Source: a bacterium
GTDB taxonomy: Bacteria > UBA8248
Assembly: GCA_965207065.1 (NCBI GenBank)
Contig: OZ242260.1
Location: forward strand, 3,456,001 to 3,520,000
DNA length: 64,000 nucleotides
Reading direction: 5' to 3'
Below the pieces are notes generated by a model. It was not told where the DNA came from, did not search any database, and worked only from the letters and a program-made list of their open reading frames with translations. Positions 9,530 to 18,803 of the stretch are shown piece after piece. The position numbers were made by a program, and so were the translations under genes. The first letter of the stretch is position 1; every line of letters begins with the position of its first letter.

Positions 9530-10615
9530 TTGAGTGAGTCTTCCGCCGATGCCCTCACGCAAGAAGCCCTCTCGCACTGGTACGTCCGCCTCCTGGCGAA
9601 CGGCGTCTCCTACTTCGACGCTTCGGAAGTGATACCCAGGGTAAGTTCCTGGCACGAGTGGTGCCGTCTCTGGATGGAGCGCGCGGCGGTTCGAGAACGC
9701 GAAGCCCGCGAGATGGAGGAAGCGGGCAGAAAGCTGAGCGCCGCCGAAGCCCACGTGCGGGCCTCTCTCGCCTACCATTTCGCCCAGTTCGTCTACCACG
9801 AGGACCTGGAGTTAAAGGCCGAGGCGCAAAAGAAAAAGGTGGCGGCCTACATGCGCGCCGCACCGCATCTGGACCCGCCTGCCGAGCGGGTGGAAATCCC
9901 CTGGCCGGGCGGGAGAGTTCTACCGGGCATCCTGCGGATTCCCGAGGGGGCGAAAGGGGAGGGCGGAGCACCTTGCGTCGTCCTAGTCGCCGGCCTCGAT
10001 TCCACGAAAGAGGAATTTTATACGCTCGAAGAAGTTCTCCACAGCCGGGGGATGGGGACTTTCGCCTTCGACGGCCCGGCGCAAGGGGAAAACGCCGACA
10101 TACAGATATACCCCGATTTCGAGCGCGTGATCTCGGTCGTCATGGATCATCTGGTGGAAGATGCGCGCCTGGATTCATCCCGCATCGGCGCCCTGGGGGT
10201 GAGCCTGGGCGGCTACTACGCGCCACGCAGCCTCGCCCTGGAACCACGCCTCAAGGCAGGAGTCGGCGTATGCGGACCATACGACATGGGGGAGATTTGG
10301 GAGGGTTTGCCCGCGCTGACGCGCCAGGGGGTATGCGTCTCCTTTCAGACTGACGATCAAGAGCAGGGCGCGCTCAAGTCGCAGGAGATTTCCCTGCGCG
10401 GTTGTCTGAGCGGGCTGGATCGCCCCTTGCTGATCATTCACGGCGGAAAAGACAGGCTGTGCCCCCTCACACAGGCCCACAAGATAGCGGCGGAGGCGGG
10501 CGATGCGTGCGAACTCGTGGTGTACGAGAAAGGCGTCCACGTATGCAACAACATTCCTTTCTTGTGGCGGCCTCTCGCGGCGGACTGGCTTGCGGAGAAA
10601 CTGGAGGTGGGTTGA
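9530..10615 (+). CDS. Alpha/beta hydrolase (2,6-dihydroxy-pseudooxynicotine hydrolase-like)
   Basis: GLDSTKEE, FDGPAQGE, GVSLGG nucleophile elbow, GVHVCNN. Confidence 0.8.
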   Translation: MSESSADALTQEALSHWYVRLLANGVSYFDASEVIPRVSSWHEWCRLWMERAAVREREAREMEEAGRKLSAAEAHVRASLAYHFAQFVYHEDLELKAEAQKKKVAAYMRAAPHLDPPAERVEIPWPGGRVLPGILRIPEGAKGEGGAPCVVLVAGLDSTKEEFYTLEEVLHSRGMGTFAFDGPAQGENADIQIYPDFERVISVVMDHLVEDARLDSSRIGALGVSLGGYYAPRSLALEPRLKAGVGVCGPYDMGEIWEGLPALTRQGVCVSFQTDDQEQGALKSQEISLRGCLSGLDRPLLIIHGGKDRLCPLTQAHKIAAEAGDACELVVYEKGVHVCNNIPFLWRPLAADWLAEKLEVG

Positions 10616-10649
10616 GCGGGAAAGATAAGACAGAAATGTCGTACGACTC

Positions 10650-10677
10650 TTGACTCTCGATGCCAGTCGGGTAAACT
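10650..10677 (+). promoter_or_regulatory. Sigma70-like promoter of tRNA-Gly
   Basis: TTGACT-N16-TAAACT immediately upstream of the tRNA. Confidence 0.5.
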
Positions 10678-10693
10678 TTTTGAGTTGTTTTTT

Positions 10694-10768
10694 GCGGGAA
10701 TAGCTCAGTGGTAGAGCACAACGTTGCCAACGTTGGGGTCGCGGGTTCAAATCCCGTTTCCCGCTCCA
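10694..10768 (+). tRNA. tRNA-Gly (GCC)
   Basis: Acceptor stem GCGGGAA/TTCCCGC, D-arm AGCTCAGTGGTAGAGC, anticodon arm CAACG-TTGCCAA-CGTTG, GGTTCAAATCC T-loop, encoded CCA. Confidence 0.97.
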
Positions 10769-10782
10769 TTTACCTATGACAA

Positions 10783-10811
10783 AGCGGGGATCGCCGAATG
10801 CGGTCCCCGCT
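10783..10811. terminator. Hairpin between the convergent tRNA and NIPSNAP genes
   Basis: AGCGGGGATCGC...GCGGTCCCCGCT inverted repeat. Confidence 0.55.
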
Positions 10812-11439
10812 ATTTCATGGGCGAATAATCCACCGGATACCAGATTTCAGAAGTCTCGCTCCTGAGATATGGTTTATAACCCTCATTCCAGGCGGGGAGA
10901 TTTTCCACCTCCTTTTGCACTTCGGCCCAGTGGTTCAGGTCCCGGTAGGGCCAGATGTGCAGAAACTCGTTCAGGATGCCGGTTTCGAACTCGCCCGCCG
11001 GGTTGGCGAACGCCGCCGCCAGGGGCGAGAGGCGCTCCCTTTCTGGCAGGTTCTTCTCCCACGCCGCGCTGATGTCCCTCATCTTTCCCGTGATAATCAC
11101 GTCGCTCCTGATCTCGTATACGCTCCCCATCTCGCCCGCCCTTGGTTTGGGACAAAACGGAGCGGCCCGCATGATGCGCGTCTGCTGGTAGAGGATTTTG
11201 TCCACCTTGAGCGGAGGCCACCAGGACTGGGCGAGGGCTTCGGCGCGAGCCGCCTCCCGGTGGGCGGAGTTTTCATACTCCCAGATATGCAAAATCCTGT
11301 TCAACCCCCCGATGGCGGAGATGAAAAAACCGATGAGTGGGGATATGGCGGTTCTTTTTTCAATGATCCTGCCGAAATCCTCCACGCCTTCCGAGGCGAA
11401 ACCCGAGGGGAACGTGTAAGCGCGAACTTCATAGATCAT
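10810..11439 (-). CDS. NIPSNAP family protein (two domains)
   Basis: MIYEVRAYT / VYEIRS repeats, GGLNRILHIWEYEN and ILNEFLHIWPYRDL; ends in PVDYSPMK. Confidence 0.85.
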   Translation of the reverse strand: MIYEVRAYTFPSGFASEGVEDFGRIIEKRTAISPLIGFFISAIGGLNRILHIWEYENSAHREAARAEALAQSWWPPLKVDKILYQQTRIMRAAPFCPKPRAGEMGSVYEIRSDVIITGKMRDISAAWEKNLPERERLSPLAAAFANPAGEFETGILNEFLHIWPYRDLNHWAEVQKEVENLPAWNEGYKPYLRSETSEIWYPVDYSPMK

Positions 11440-11637
11440 GGATGAATAAGCTCCAGGTTCTGGACGCGGACAGCGCTGCCAAATGAATGTCGGCAGGAGG
11501 CCTCGCATCATGAGATAGCGAAATGTGGGAATCCAATATACTTGACGCGCATCATTCCGTGAAGCATGTTGTTGCGTTGTATACACAAGCTTGGGATGTC
11601 TCTAAAACCCTGCAAGCGCTCAAGAGAGAGATGCCTG

Positions 11638-12063
11638 GTGAGCGACGATACTCCGCGATGGCGATACCGATTCGAAAACTACAGGCGCGCTTTTTCCCTG
11701 CTGCGCGAGGCCATCGAAATGATGGACGAAAGGGAACCAAGCCAGCTTGAAAAGGAAGGGATCATTCAGCGGTTCGAATATACCACCGAACTTGCCTGGA
11801 ACCTCATGAAGGATTATCTGGAGAGCGAAAACATCATCTTTGAGCAAGTGACTCCGAGAACCGTCATCCGCAAGGCCTTCGAGGCGAATTTACTGGAGGA
11901 TGGGCAGACGTGGATGGACGTTCTGGATGCGCGCAACAAAATGTCGCACAACTACGATCTGAAAATTTTCGAAACTGTCATCGAAGAGGTCCGGAAACAC
12001 TACCTTCGTGTATTCGACACTCTGCACTCAAAATTCCTCGAAAAAAGCGGGGGAAAGCCATGA
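11638..12063 (+). CDS. HI0074-family nucleotidyltransferase substrate-binding protein (HEPN toxin-like)
   Basis: RWRYRFENY, GIIQRFEYTTELAW, RNKMSH (RX4H). Confidence 0.88.
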   Translation: MSDDTPRWRYRFENYRRAFSLLREAIEMMDEREPSQLEKEGIIQRFEYTTELAWNLMKDYLESENIIFEQVTPRTVIRKAFEANLLEDGQTWMDVLDARNKMSHNYDLKIFETVIEEVRKHYLRVFDTLHSKFLEKSGGKP

Positions 12064-12407
12064 ATCACGGACTCTCTTACCGCCAACTCACGGTTTTGAA
12101 ACAAATTCTCTCGCTCTATGCCGAAGAAATTGACTCGGTCGATCTGTTCGGTTCACGGGCTACGGGCGACTATCGCCCCAATTCGGACATCGATCTGGTT
12201 GTGCGAGGCACCATCAAGGAAAAGCAGATCGATAGGCTCTGGACCATGTTCCACGAGAGCAATTTGCCATTCAGTGTGGATGTGAAGAGTTACGAACTAA
12301 CAACCTATCCGCCGCTCAAGGCGCACATGGACAAGGTCTGCAAGCACCTATTCACCCAGGAGGACTTGAAATCTGTGACTCGTAAGTCTGAGACATCGGG
12401 GGTGTAA
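12060..12407 (+). CDS. Minimal nucleotidyltransferase (MNT) antitoxin-like protein
   Basis: LFGSRATGDYRPNSDIDL motif; ATGA overlap with the HEPN gene. Confidence 0.88.
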   Translation: MNHGLSYRQLTVLKQILSLYAEEIDSVDLFGSRATGDYRPNSDIDLVVRGTIKEKQIDRLWTMFHESNLPFSVDVKSYELTTYPPLKAHMDKVCKHLFTQEDLKSVTRKSETSGV

Positions 12408-12478
12408 GGAGAGGCGACACAGACGACCTTCGAATTCTTTTCATTCGTCAATCATTCATCAGTAAACGGAGGCTGAGC

Positions 12479-13198
12479 ATGGACAGGGCGGTATGGGCGA
12501 TCATCTACGATTTGCCCGAGGAGGGGCGGGATGAGTACATGGATTGGTTTCACGGCGTACACATTCCCGAAAAACTTGCTCGTCCGGGCTATACCTGGGC
12601 TGCGCACTATGAGGTGAAACACCCCGGAGAGAAGTTCGAGAAGATTGCGGCGCGCCTGAACCGCACCGACGATCCAGAACTTGCGTCGGGCGCGGGGTTC
12701 ATCGCGCTCTTCGGCGGGGAATCCACCCGCGTTTTCTACGACCCCAGCCCTGCGCAGCTAAAAGAGCGCCAGAACGAAGAGACCCGCGCGATGACGGGGA
12801 TGCAGATCCAGGCTAAAGGGCTCATTCTCTGCGAGGAATGGCGGGTGGAAGGCCCGGACGCAGGGAAGAGGGAAGCCCCCGACGTCATGGCGCCCGCCAT
12901 CCAGATGGGCCGCTACGATGCGCAGGGCAACGATGAGGACCTCCAGGCATGGTACGCCCAGGAGCGCATGGCGCGGGTCGCGGACACGCCGGGCTGCATC
13001 GGCGCGAGAAAATACCTGGTGGCGACGGCCTGGCCCAAGCATTCCGTTTTGTATGAGTACACATCTTTAGAGGCGCGGGAGGCGAACTACATCGCGCTCG
13101 AAGAGACGGAAGGGACGAAGCGCGTGCACGGGTATCTGATCCATCCGCCCGGCTCTCCGCTGGCGGCAAGCCGCATCTGGCCGCCGCAGAACGCCTGA
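12479..13198 (+). CDS. Hypothetical protein, duplicated dimeric alpha-beta barrel (EthD/DUF4286-like)
   Basis: Two related halves (EYMDWFHGVHIPEKLARPG / DLQAWYAQERMARVADTPG); GGAGG RBS. Confidence 0.6.
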   Translation: MDRAVWAIIYDLPEEGRDEYMDWFHGVHIPEKLARPGYTWAAHYEVKHPGEKFEKIAARLNRTDDPELASGAGFIALFGGESTRVFYDPSPAQLKERQNEETRAMTGMQIQAKGLILCEEWRVEGPDAGKREAPDVMAPAIQMGRYDAQGNDEDLQAWYAQERMARVADTPGCIGARKYLVATAWPKHSVLYEYTSLEAREANYIALEETEGTKRVHGYLIHPPGSPLAASRIWPPQNA

Positions 13199-13252
13199 TA
13201 CGTGACTCATCGGTAATCCACACGCCATGAACCTCTCGGGAGGCAAGGTACC

Positions 13253-14290
13253 TTGAAATTTCATTTGGCCATCAACATGGAACGCATGACACCCGAGCAG
13301 GACATGACCGATGTCGAGCGCCATACGCTGGAGATGGTGCAGATGGCCGACGAGGGTGGCTTCGCAATCGCATGGGCCGCCGAGCACCATGCGCTGGAGA
13401 TGACCATCGCGCCCAATCCATTCCAGATACTGACCTGGTGGGCCGCCCATACGTCCCGCATCCGGCTCGGCTCGGCGGTGGTCGTGGCGGCGTACTGGCA
13501 TCCGCTCAAGGCCGCGGGCGAGGCTGCGCTGCTGGACCTGTACAGCGGCGGGCGCCTCGAGTTCGGCATCGGCTCCGGCGCCTACCAGCGCGAGTTCGAC
13601 CGCATGCATCCCGGCCTGCAGCGCAACGATGGATTCCGGTACATGTTCGAGATGCTGCCGGTGGTGAAGGCGTTATGGCGGGGCGACTGCGAGCACGAGG
13701 GCGAATTCTGGTCCTTTCCGGCAGCGACATCCGTGCCGAAGCCGTTGCAGAAGCCCCATCCCCCGCTCTGGATCGCGGCGCGTTCGCCAGACTCCTACGA
13801 CTTCGCAGTGAAGCACGAGTGCAACATCCTCTCCTGGCCCCTGACCCGCCCGATGTCGGAAGTCGAGCTCTACAAGGGGCGTCTGGAGACTGCGCTCGCT
13901 GACAACCCCGGCAAACCGCGGCCGATATTCGCCACCATGCGTCACACGGTGGTATACGACCGCAAAGAGGACTGGGAGACGCCGGTGAAGGCCGCGATAC
14001 GCCAGTTCGGCCAGTTCGAGAACCTGTTCAAGAACCTAGGAGACGTCGCCGACGGTTTTCCCCGGGCGGTCGAACTCTCGGAGTTGGAGAACCGGGACGA
14101 GTATGACCCGAAGATGCTTCACAACAACCTGCTGTTCGGCACCCCGGAAGAGGTGACCGGGAAGCTCAGGGCCTACGAGGCGCTCGGCGTCGACCATTTC
14201 ACCTACTACGCGAGCCTGGGTCTCGGGATGAAGGAGCAGAAGAGGTCGCTGGAACTGTTTATCAAGGAAGTGATGCCGGCGTTCGCGTGA
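13253..14290 (+). CDS. LLM class flavin-dependent oxidoreductase
   Basis: WAAEHH, IRLGSAV, SGGRLEFGIGSG, PKPLQKPHPPLW. Confidence 0.9.
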   Translation: MKFHLAINMERMTPEQDMTDVERHTLEMVQMADEGGFAIAWAAEHHALEMTIAPNPFQILTWWAAHTSRIRLGSAVVVAAYWHPLKAAGEAALLDLYSGGRLEFGIGSGAYQREFDRMHPGLQRNDGFRYMFEMLPVVKALWRGDCEHEGEFWSFPAATSVPKPLQKPHPPLWIAARSPDSYDFAVKHECNILSWPLTRPMSEVELYKGRLETALADNPGKPRPIFATMRHTVVYDRKEDWETPVKAAIRQFGQFENLFKNLGDVADGFPRAVELSELENRDEYDPKMLHNNLLFGTPEEVTGKLRAYEALGVDHFTYYASLGLGMKEQKRSLELFIKEVMPAFA

Positions 14291-14327
14291 TGAAACATAT
14301 ATATGCCTTCGCCCATGGACTGCACGC

Positions 14328-15128
14328 GTGAATCGCAGGGGCGGGGCGGGCGAATCAACCTGGGAGCTGCACGGAAGCGGGCCTGCGGTCGCACTGGTTC
14401 ACGGCTTCGGCCTGAACCGCGCGATGTGGCAGTGGCAGCTCCCGGCGCTCACGCCGCATTTCAGCGTGCTGACCTACGATCTGCTCGGACACGGAGAGAG
14501 CGCGGATCCATCGGGCACGCCTGACCTCGCCATGTTCTCCGGGCAACTGCTCCGAATCATGGACCGATGCGGGGTCGAGCGCGCTGCAGTGGCCGGCTTC
14601 TCGCTCGGCGGCATGATAGCGCGCCGATTCGCGCTGGATCATCCGGACCGGCTCTCTGCGCTCGCGATACTGCACTCGCCCCACGACCGCAGCCCGGCCG
14701 AACGCGACGCCGTTCGTGAGCGTGTGCGTCAGACACAGGTACAAGGACCTTCGGCGAACGTGGACTCCGCCCTCGAACGCTGGTTCACGCCGGCGTGCCG
14801 CACCCAGGCGCCGGAACTGATCGACCAGGTCCGCAGGTGGATCACGCGCAACGACCCGAAAGTCTATTCACGGATTTACCGGGTTCTCGCCGAGGGCGAC
14901 TCCGAGATCCTCCAGGGTCTTGAACGGATCGCCTGTCCGACGCTTGTGATGGCCGGTGAGGACGACCCGGGGAACACGCCCGCCATGGCGAGGGCCATGG
15001 CAGAGCTCATTCCCGGCGCCCGTCTCGTCGTATTGCCCGGACTCAGGCATATGGCGCTCGCCGAATCGCCGCCGGCGGTCAACGAGCCGCTGTGCGCGTT
15101 CCTCAAGGACGCGCTCGGGACGGTCTGA
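14328..15128 (+). CDS. Alpha/beta hydrolase (3-oxoadipate enol-lactonase-like)
   Basis: LVHGFG, YDLLGHGES, GFSLGG, GEDD, LRH; start codon uncertain. Confidence 0.8.
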   Translation: MNRRGGAGESTWELHGSGPAVALVHGFGLNRAMWQWQLPALTPHFSVLTYDLLGHGESADPSGTPDLAMFSGQLLRIMDRCGVERAAVAGFSLGGMIARRFALDHPDRLSALAILHSPHDRSPAERDAVRERVRQTQVQGPSANVDSALERWFTPACRTQAPELIDQVRRWITRNDPKVYSRIYRVLAEGDSEILQGLERIACPTLVMAGEDDPGNTPAMARAMAELIPGARLVVLPGLRHMALAESPPAVNEPLCAFLKDALGTV

Positions 15129-15260
15129 CTGTGAAACCGAATGGACGCTCGTTATCGAGAGAGATTATGTGTTAATTGAGCGGTGGCGCCCATTACCATA
15201 CAGCTTCTCTCCCCGCTTTGCGCTATAATCCTCAGAATTCCATGGTTCGAGGGATGGCGA

Positions 15261-16106
15261 ATGACAAAAAAATCAATCGGCATTTGGATACTCGTTCTCG
15301 TCTTCGCAGCGGCGGTTTTTGCAGAAACGGCCGGCTCCGCTTCCGCACCGAAGATGGGAAAGGGCAAGTACGCAGGGATGGTGCTCATTCCCGCAGGTCC
15401 CTTCACGATGGGGAGAAACGACGGCCCCGATGAGGAAAAACCCGCGCATCGCGTGTTTCTCCCCGCCTATTACATCGACCAAAACCTGGTGACCTGGGCG
15501 GATTACCTGCCCTTCATTCAGGAGAAAGGCCCGGCAGGGCCGCAGGGGGAGATGTATCTGGACACCGACGACCCCGACGCCAAGATCGTTCCCCAAGGCG
15601 ACACATGGGTCGTCGAGAAGGGTTTCGATAAATTCCCGGCGAGCGAAATGGCCTGGGGCGGGGCCCTGGCCTACTGCCGCTGGAAGAGGAAGCGGCTGCC
15701 CACCGAGGCGCAATGGGAAAAGGCGGCGCGCGGAGGCGATGGCCGACTCTATCCGTGGGGGAACCAGAAACCGTCTCCTGAATACCTGCTGTTAGGGGAT
15801 TTCAGGGGCCAGACGGCGGTCGTGGGCAGTTATCCAAAAGGCGCCAGCCCATACGGGGTGAACGACATGGCGGGGCAGGTGTGGGAGTGGTCGGCCTCGC
15901 TGGCGATGAACTATCCCTACAAACCCAAGGACGGGCGCGAGAACCTGAGCGCGGTGGATGCGCGCGTCGTGCGGGGCGGCAATTCCGCGAGCCTGCCCGA
16001 TGGCATGACGGCCACGAACCGGGAAGTCGTGATGCCCGGCAGGCAGGCGACGGGGCACGGCTACATCGGCTTCCGATGCGCCGCCCAGCCGCCTCATTCG
16101 ACTTGA
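15261..16106 (+). CDS. Exported SUMF1/EgtB/PvdO (FGE-sulfatase fold) protein
   Basis: Signal peptide, IPAGPFTMG, RLPTEAQWEKAARG, DMAGQVWEW, IGFRC. Confidence 0.88.
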   Translation: MTKKSIGIWILVLVFAAAVFAETAGSASAPKMGKGKYAGMVLIPAGPFTMGRNDGPDEEKPAHRVFLPAYYIDQNLVTWADYLPFIQEKGPAGPQGEMYLDTDDPDAKIVPQGDTWVVEKGFDKFPASEMAWGGALAYCRWKRKRLPTEAQWEKAARGGDGRLYPWGNQKPSPEYLLLGDFRGQTAVVGSYPKGASPYGVNDMAGQVWEWSASLAMNYPYKPKDGRENLSAVDARVVRGGNSASLPDGMTATNREVVMPGRQATGHGYIGFRCAAQPPHST

Positions 16107-16354
16107 TGGGAAAGTAATAATGAGCAATAAATCTCCTGATATCTGATTCCAATATCCTGTTCGGGCGGACGCCGCAATCGCGCCTCTGGTGTGAAGAGTC
16201 TCATCATCTGGGCGGCGTCAGTGCGCCATATCAATCAGTCATTGATTTCATTCAAGATTGCCTGCCTTGAATTTTTCTTGACTCCTCAACGCAAGATTAG
16301 AGAAGATTAGCGTACGCCACGGAAGACTAAATGATTCAGATGAGGGGAACTGAC

Positions 16355-17350
16355 GTGAAATACATTCCTGCGCTGCTCGTTATGTCGTTGTTGCTGACCG
16401 CCTGCATAGGAAGCGGCGGCAGCGGCCCGCCTGCCGAAGAGCGTATTCAGCTCGAGAGAAATACCGAGTTCGACGGTGAAAGCTTGCGGTTTTTCGTGAC
16501 GCTGGACGACGGAACCGAGGCTTCAGTCAACACGACAGACAATGTCATCCAGACGGCGCCCGGCGCAACGCCCATTCCCGGCCACCAGGCGCAGGCCTGG
16601 ACGTTCCTCAAGATTACGGATGACGCTACTTCGGTCGCCCACGCACTGGTGAGCTGGGACCCGGACGACCCGGCGGACTACCTCGTAGCCGGCTGGTGGG
16701 CGGAGTTCCCCGACCAGAAACCGCCGCTTTCGCTCAGGGGAGCGGAGCGGTACGCGATTATCGACGGGCCGGCGCTCGACCATAGCGTCGCGCCGCAATT
16801 GCCGGTCGACGGGACGGCCACTTACGCGGGCCCTGCCGGCGGTCTCTACGCATATGAGGCCGGGAGCGACTGGGGAGAGAATGAGGGCGAATTCGTGCTC
16901 GAGGAGTACCAGGGAACTATCACCCTCACCGCGGACTTCCAGGACGGCACCCTGAAAGGCTGCATCGGGTGCGTGGGCGACCTCGTAACGCAGCGCGGGC
17001 ATTTCGGCGTTTTCCTGGGCCAGGAGGTGAGCGACGTGCAGGGAATCGCGAAGGACTACGAACTCCACCTCGCAACGGCGATTATCAGGGAAGACGGCAA
17101 TTTCGTTCGCGACAGAGTGACGTTGAAACACCCGGACCGGAACGTCACGCTAGCGGAGGGGTACTGGGGCGGTTCCCTTTCCAGCCGCCAGGACACGGAC
17201 GGGAACCCCCGGCTCGTGGCGGGCTTCAACAACGTCTATTTCGAGGAGAGCGACGGCAGCGCGGGCTCGCTAGCCGGGTCGTTCGTGGCTCTGAGCGAGA
17301 CCTTCCGGAATGACGGGATATCTCGTTTCCCGCCCTCTGATGACAAATAG
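16355..17350 (+). CDS. Lipoprotein with TbpB/HupA-like C-terminal beta-barrel
   Basis: Lipobox LLLTAC, LPVDGTATYAGPAGG, ITLTADF, GSLAGSF. Confidence 0.6.
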   Translation: MKYIPALLVMSLLLTACIGSGGSGPPAEERIQLERNTEFDGESLRFFVTLDDGTEASVNTTDNVIQTAPGATPIPGHQAQAWTFLKITDDATSVAHALVSWDPDDPADYLVAGWWAEFPDQKPPLSLRGAERYAIIDGPALDHSVAPQLPVDGTATYAGPAGGLYAYEAGSDWGENEGEFVLEEYQGTITLTADFQDGTLKGCIGCVGDLVTQRGHFGVFLGQEVSDVQGIAKDYELHLATAIIREDGNFVRDRVTLKHPDRNVTLAEGYWGGSLSSRQDTDGNPRLVAGFNNVYFEESDGSAGSLAGSFVALSETFRNDGISRFPPSDDK

Positions 17351-17371
17351 CTGATTGCAAAACAGGCGTTT

Positions 17372-18103
17372 TCACCAGAGCGCGCGGGTGAGGTCGCTGA
17401 GCGAGCATTTCTGTTTTCCCTGGGCGTCGAAATTATCCGGCGCGAGCCAGCGGGCGTGCGCATCCGCGACGGCGGGCCATTCCTCCTGGGTGAGCGAGAA
17501 CCAGGCGGTATCGCGGCTGCGCCCCTTGACGATCATGTGGTTCAGGAAAATTCCCTCATAGCGGAAACCCAGTCGCAGGGCCGCGCTGCGGGATGCCGCG
17601 TTCAGGGCGTCGCACTTCCATTCCAGGCGGCGGTAGGCAAGAGTTTCCAGGGCGTGGCGCATCTTGAGCGTGAGGACCTCGGTGGCGCGGGCGTCGCGCT
17701 GCCAGTCGCGGCCGAACCAGATGTGGCCGATTTCGGCGACGCCAATGGCGGGCCTGATCTCCATGAAGCTGCCCATGCCGCCTAGGCGGCCCGTCTCATT
17801 GTCGCGGTAGACGACGAACACCGGGTCTTGTGACGCCTGGCGTTCGGCGAGCAGGGCATGCACCTGCTCCTTGTCGGTGAAGGGACCCACGTTCATGTAA
17901 TTGAATATGCGGTCGGTGTCTTCACCCTCGGTCGCAGCCCGGTAGATGTCGGCGGTATCGCGGTCCGCCACGACCGGCTCGAGAGAGGTTCCGGGGCCGG
18001 CGAGAGCCACGCCCTCGAAACCCTCCCAGGGCTTCGAGGCGACTTCCGCATTGCCGACGGGGCGCCTGTTCGCCGCACTCGCAAGCTCTTGTTCCGTCGC
18101 CAT
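17372..18103 (-). CDS. GNAT N-acetyltransferase (RimJ/RimL-like)
   Basis: EIGHIWFG, YRRLEWKCDALNAASRSAALRLGFRYEG, KGRSRDTAWFS. Confidence 0.9.
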   Translation of the reverse strand: MATEQELASAANRRPVGNAEVASKPWEGFEGVALAGPGTSLEPVVADRDTADIYRAATEGEDTDRIFNYMNVGPFTDKEQVHALLAERQASQDPVFVVYRDNETGRLGGMGSFMEIRPAIGVAEIGHIWFGRDWQRDARATEVLTLKMRHALETLAYRRLEWKCDALNAASRSAALRLGFRYEGIFLNHMIVKGRSRDTAWFSLTQEEWPAVADAHARWLAPDNFDAQGKQKCSLSDLTRALW

Positions 18104-18227
18104 GTAGAGCCCTCATCATTTCCGAATAATTCGATAAATTTGGATAAATTCACGGGGTAAAAAGAGAAATTAAAACGGCTTGAATATATCTCATATATCA
18201 CATTAACTATGCGCCACAACCGACAGA

Positions 18228-18731
18228 TTAAAAACCCTTGTTCAGCGCTAATCCAAAGAATATCGCGAACAGGGCGAGGACCGCGTTCCCGAGATTCACA
18301 TGCTCGAGCGTCTTGAGCAATCTGATGCGCTCATCCGTCGTATCGCCCAGGGGACGCCCGTTCCCGGCGGGTCCCGTCCCCCGCGTGAGCCTAAGGCCCA
18401 CCGCGAAGAACTGAAAGCTGATCCCCATCATCATGAGGAAAACAGTGAGTAATTTCAGCCCCAGCGGCACGAAGAGTTTCCCGAATGCGGGGCCCATCGC
18501 CATCTTGAGGCCCGTGAGATACCACGCGCCCGTCATGATGAGCACGCCCATGCAAATAAGCACGAAGGGGTGGTAGAAACGCAGGATGGAGATAATCTCG
18601 CCCGCGTATTCCTCAGGTTCAAGCCTGCGCCTCAAGTGTCCCATTAGGAGCCAGAAGAAAACGAGCGCGCCCTCGTACAGACATGCCGCCAGTATATGGA
18701 CGTACAGAAGCCAGAAATAAGTGTTCGACAT
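18228..18731 (-). CDS. Four-helix membrane protein (CopD-like)
   Basis: Four hydrophobic segments, HILA and LGLKLL; family uncertain. Confidence 0.55.
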   Translation of the reverse strand: MSNTYFWLLYVHILAACLYEGALVFFWLLMGHLRRRLEPEEYAGEIISILRFYHPFVLICMGVLIMTGAWYLTGLKMAMGPAFGKLFVPLGLKLLTVFLMMMGISFQFFAVGLRLTRGTGPAGNGRPLGDTTDERIRLLKTLEHVNLGNAVLALFAIFFGLALNKGF

Positions 18732-18803
18732 TCGTATCTTCTAGGAGAAAATTTCAGTGTGAAAAACACCCCCCGGAGCACTCTCCGGAGGGTGCATGCT
18801 TTA

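Noticed and set aside
15261-16106. Selenoneine/ergothioneine synthase (SenA/EgtB) or true formylglycine-generating enzyme
   Set aside because: No DinB-like N-terminal domain, no catalytic Cys pair, a signal peptide is present, and there are no senB/selD neighbours
16130-16165. LLISDSNIL peptide resembling a PIN-domain N-terminus
   Set aside because: Only about 9 residues, with no start codon or continuing homology; cannot be supported as a pseudogene
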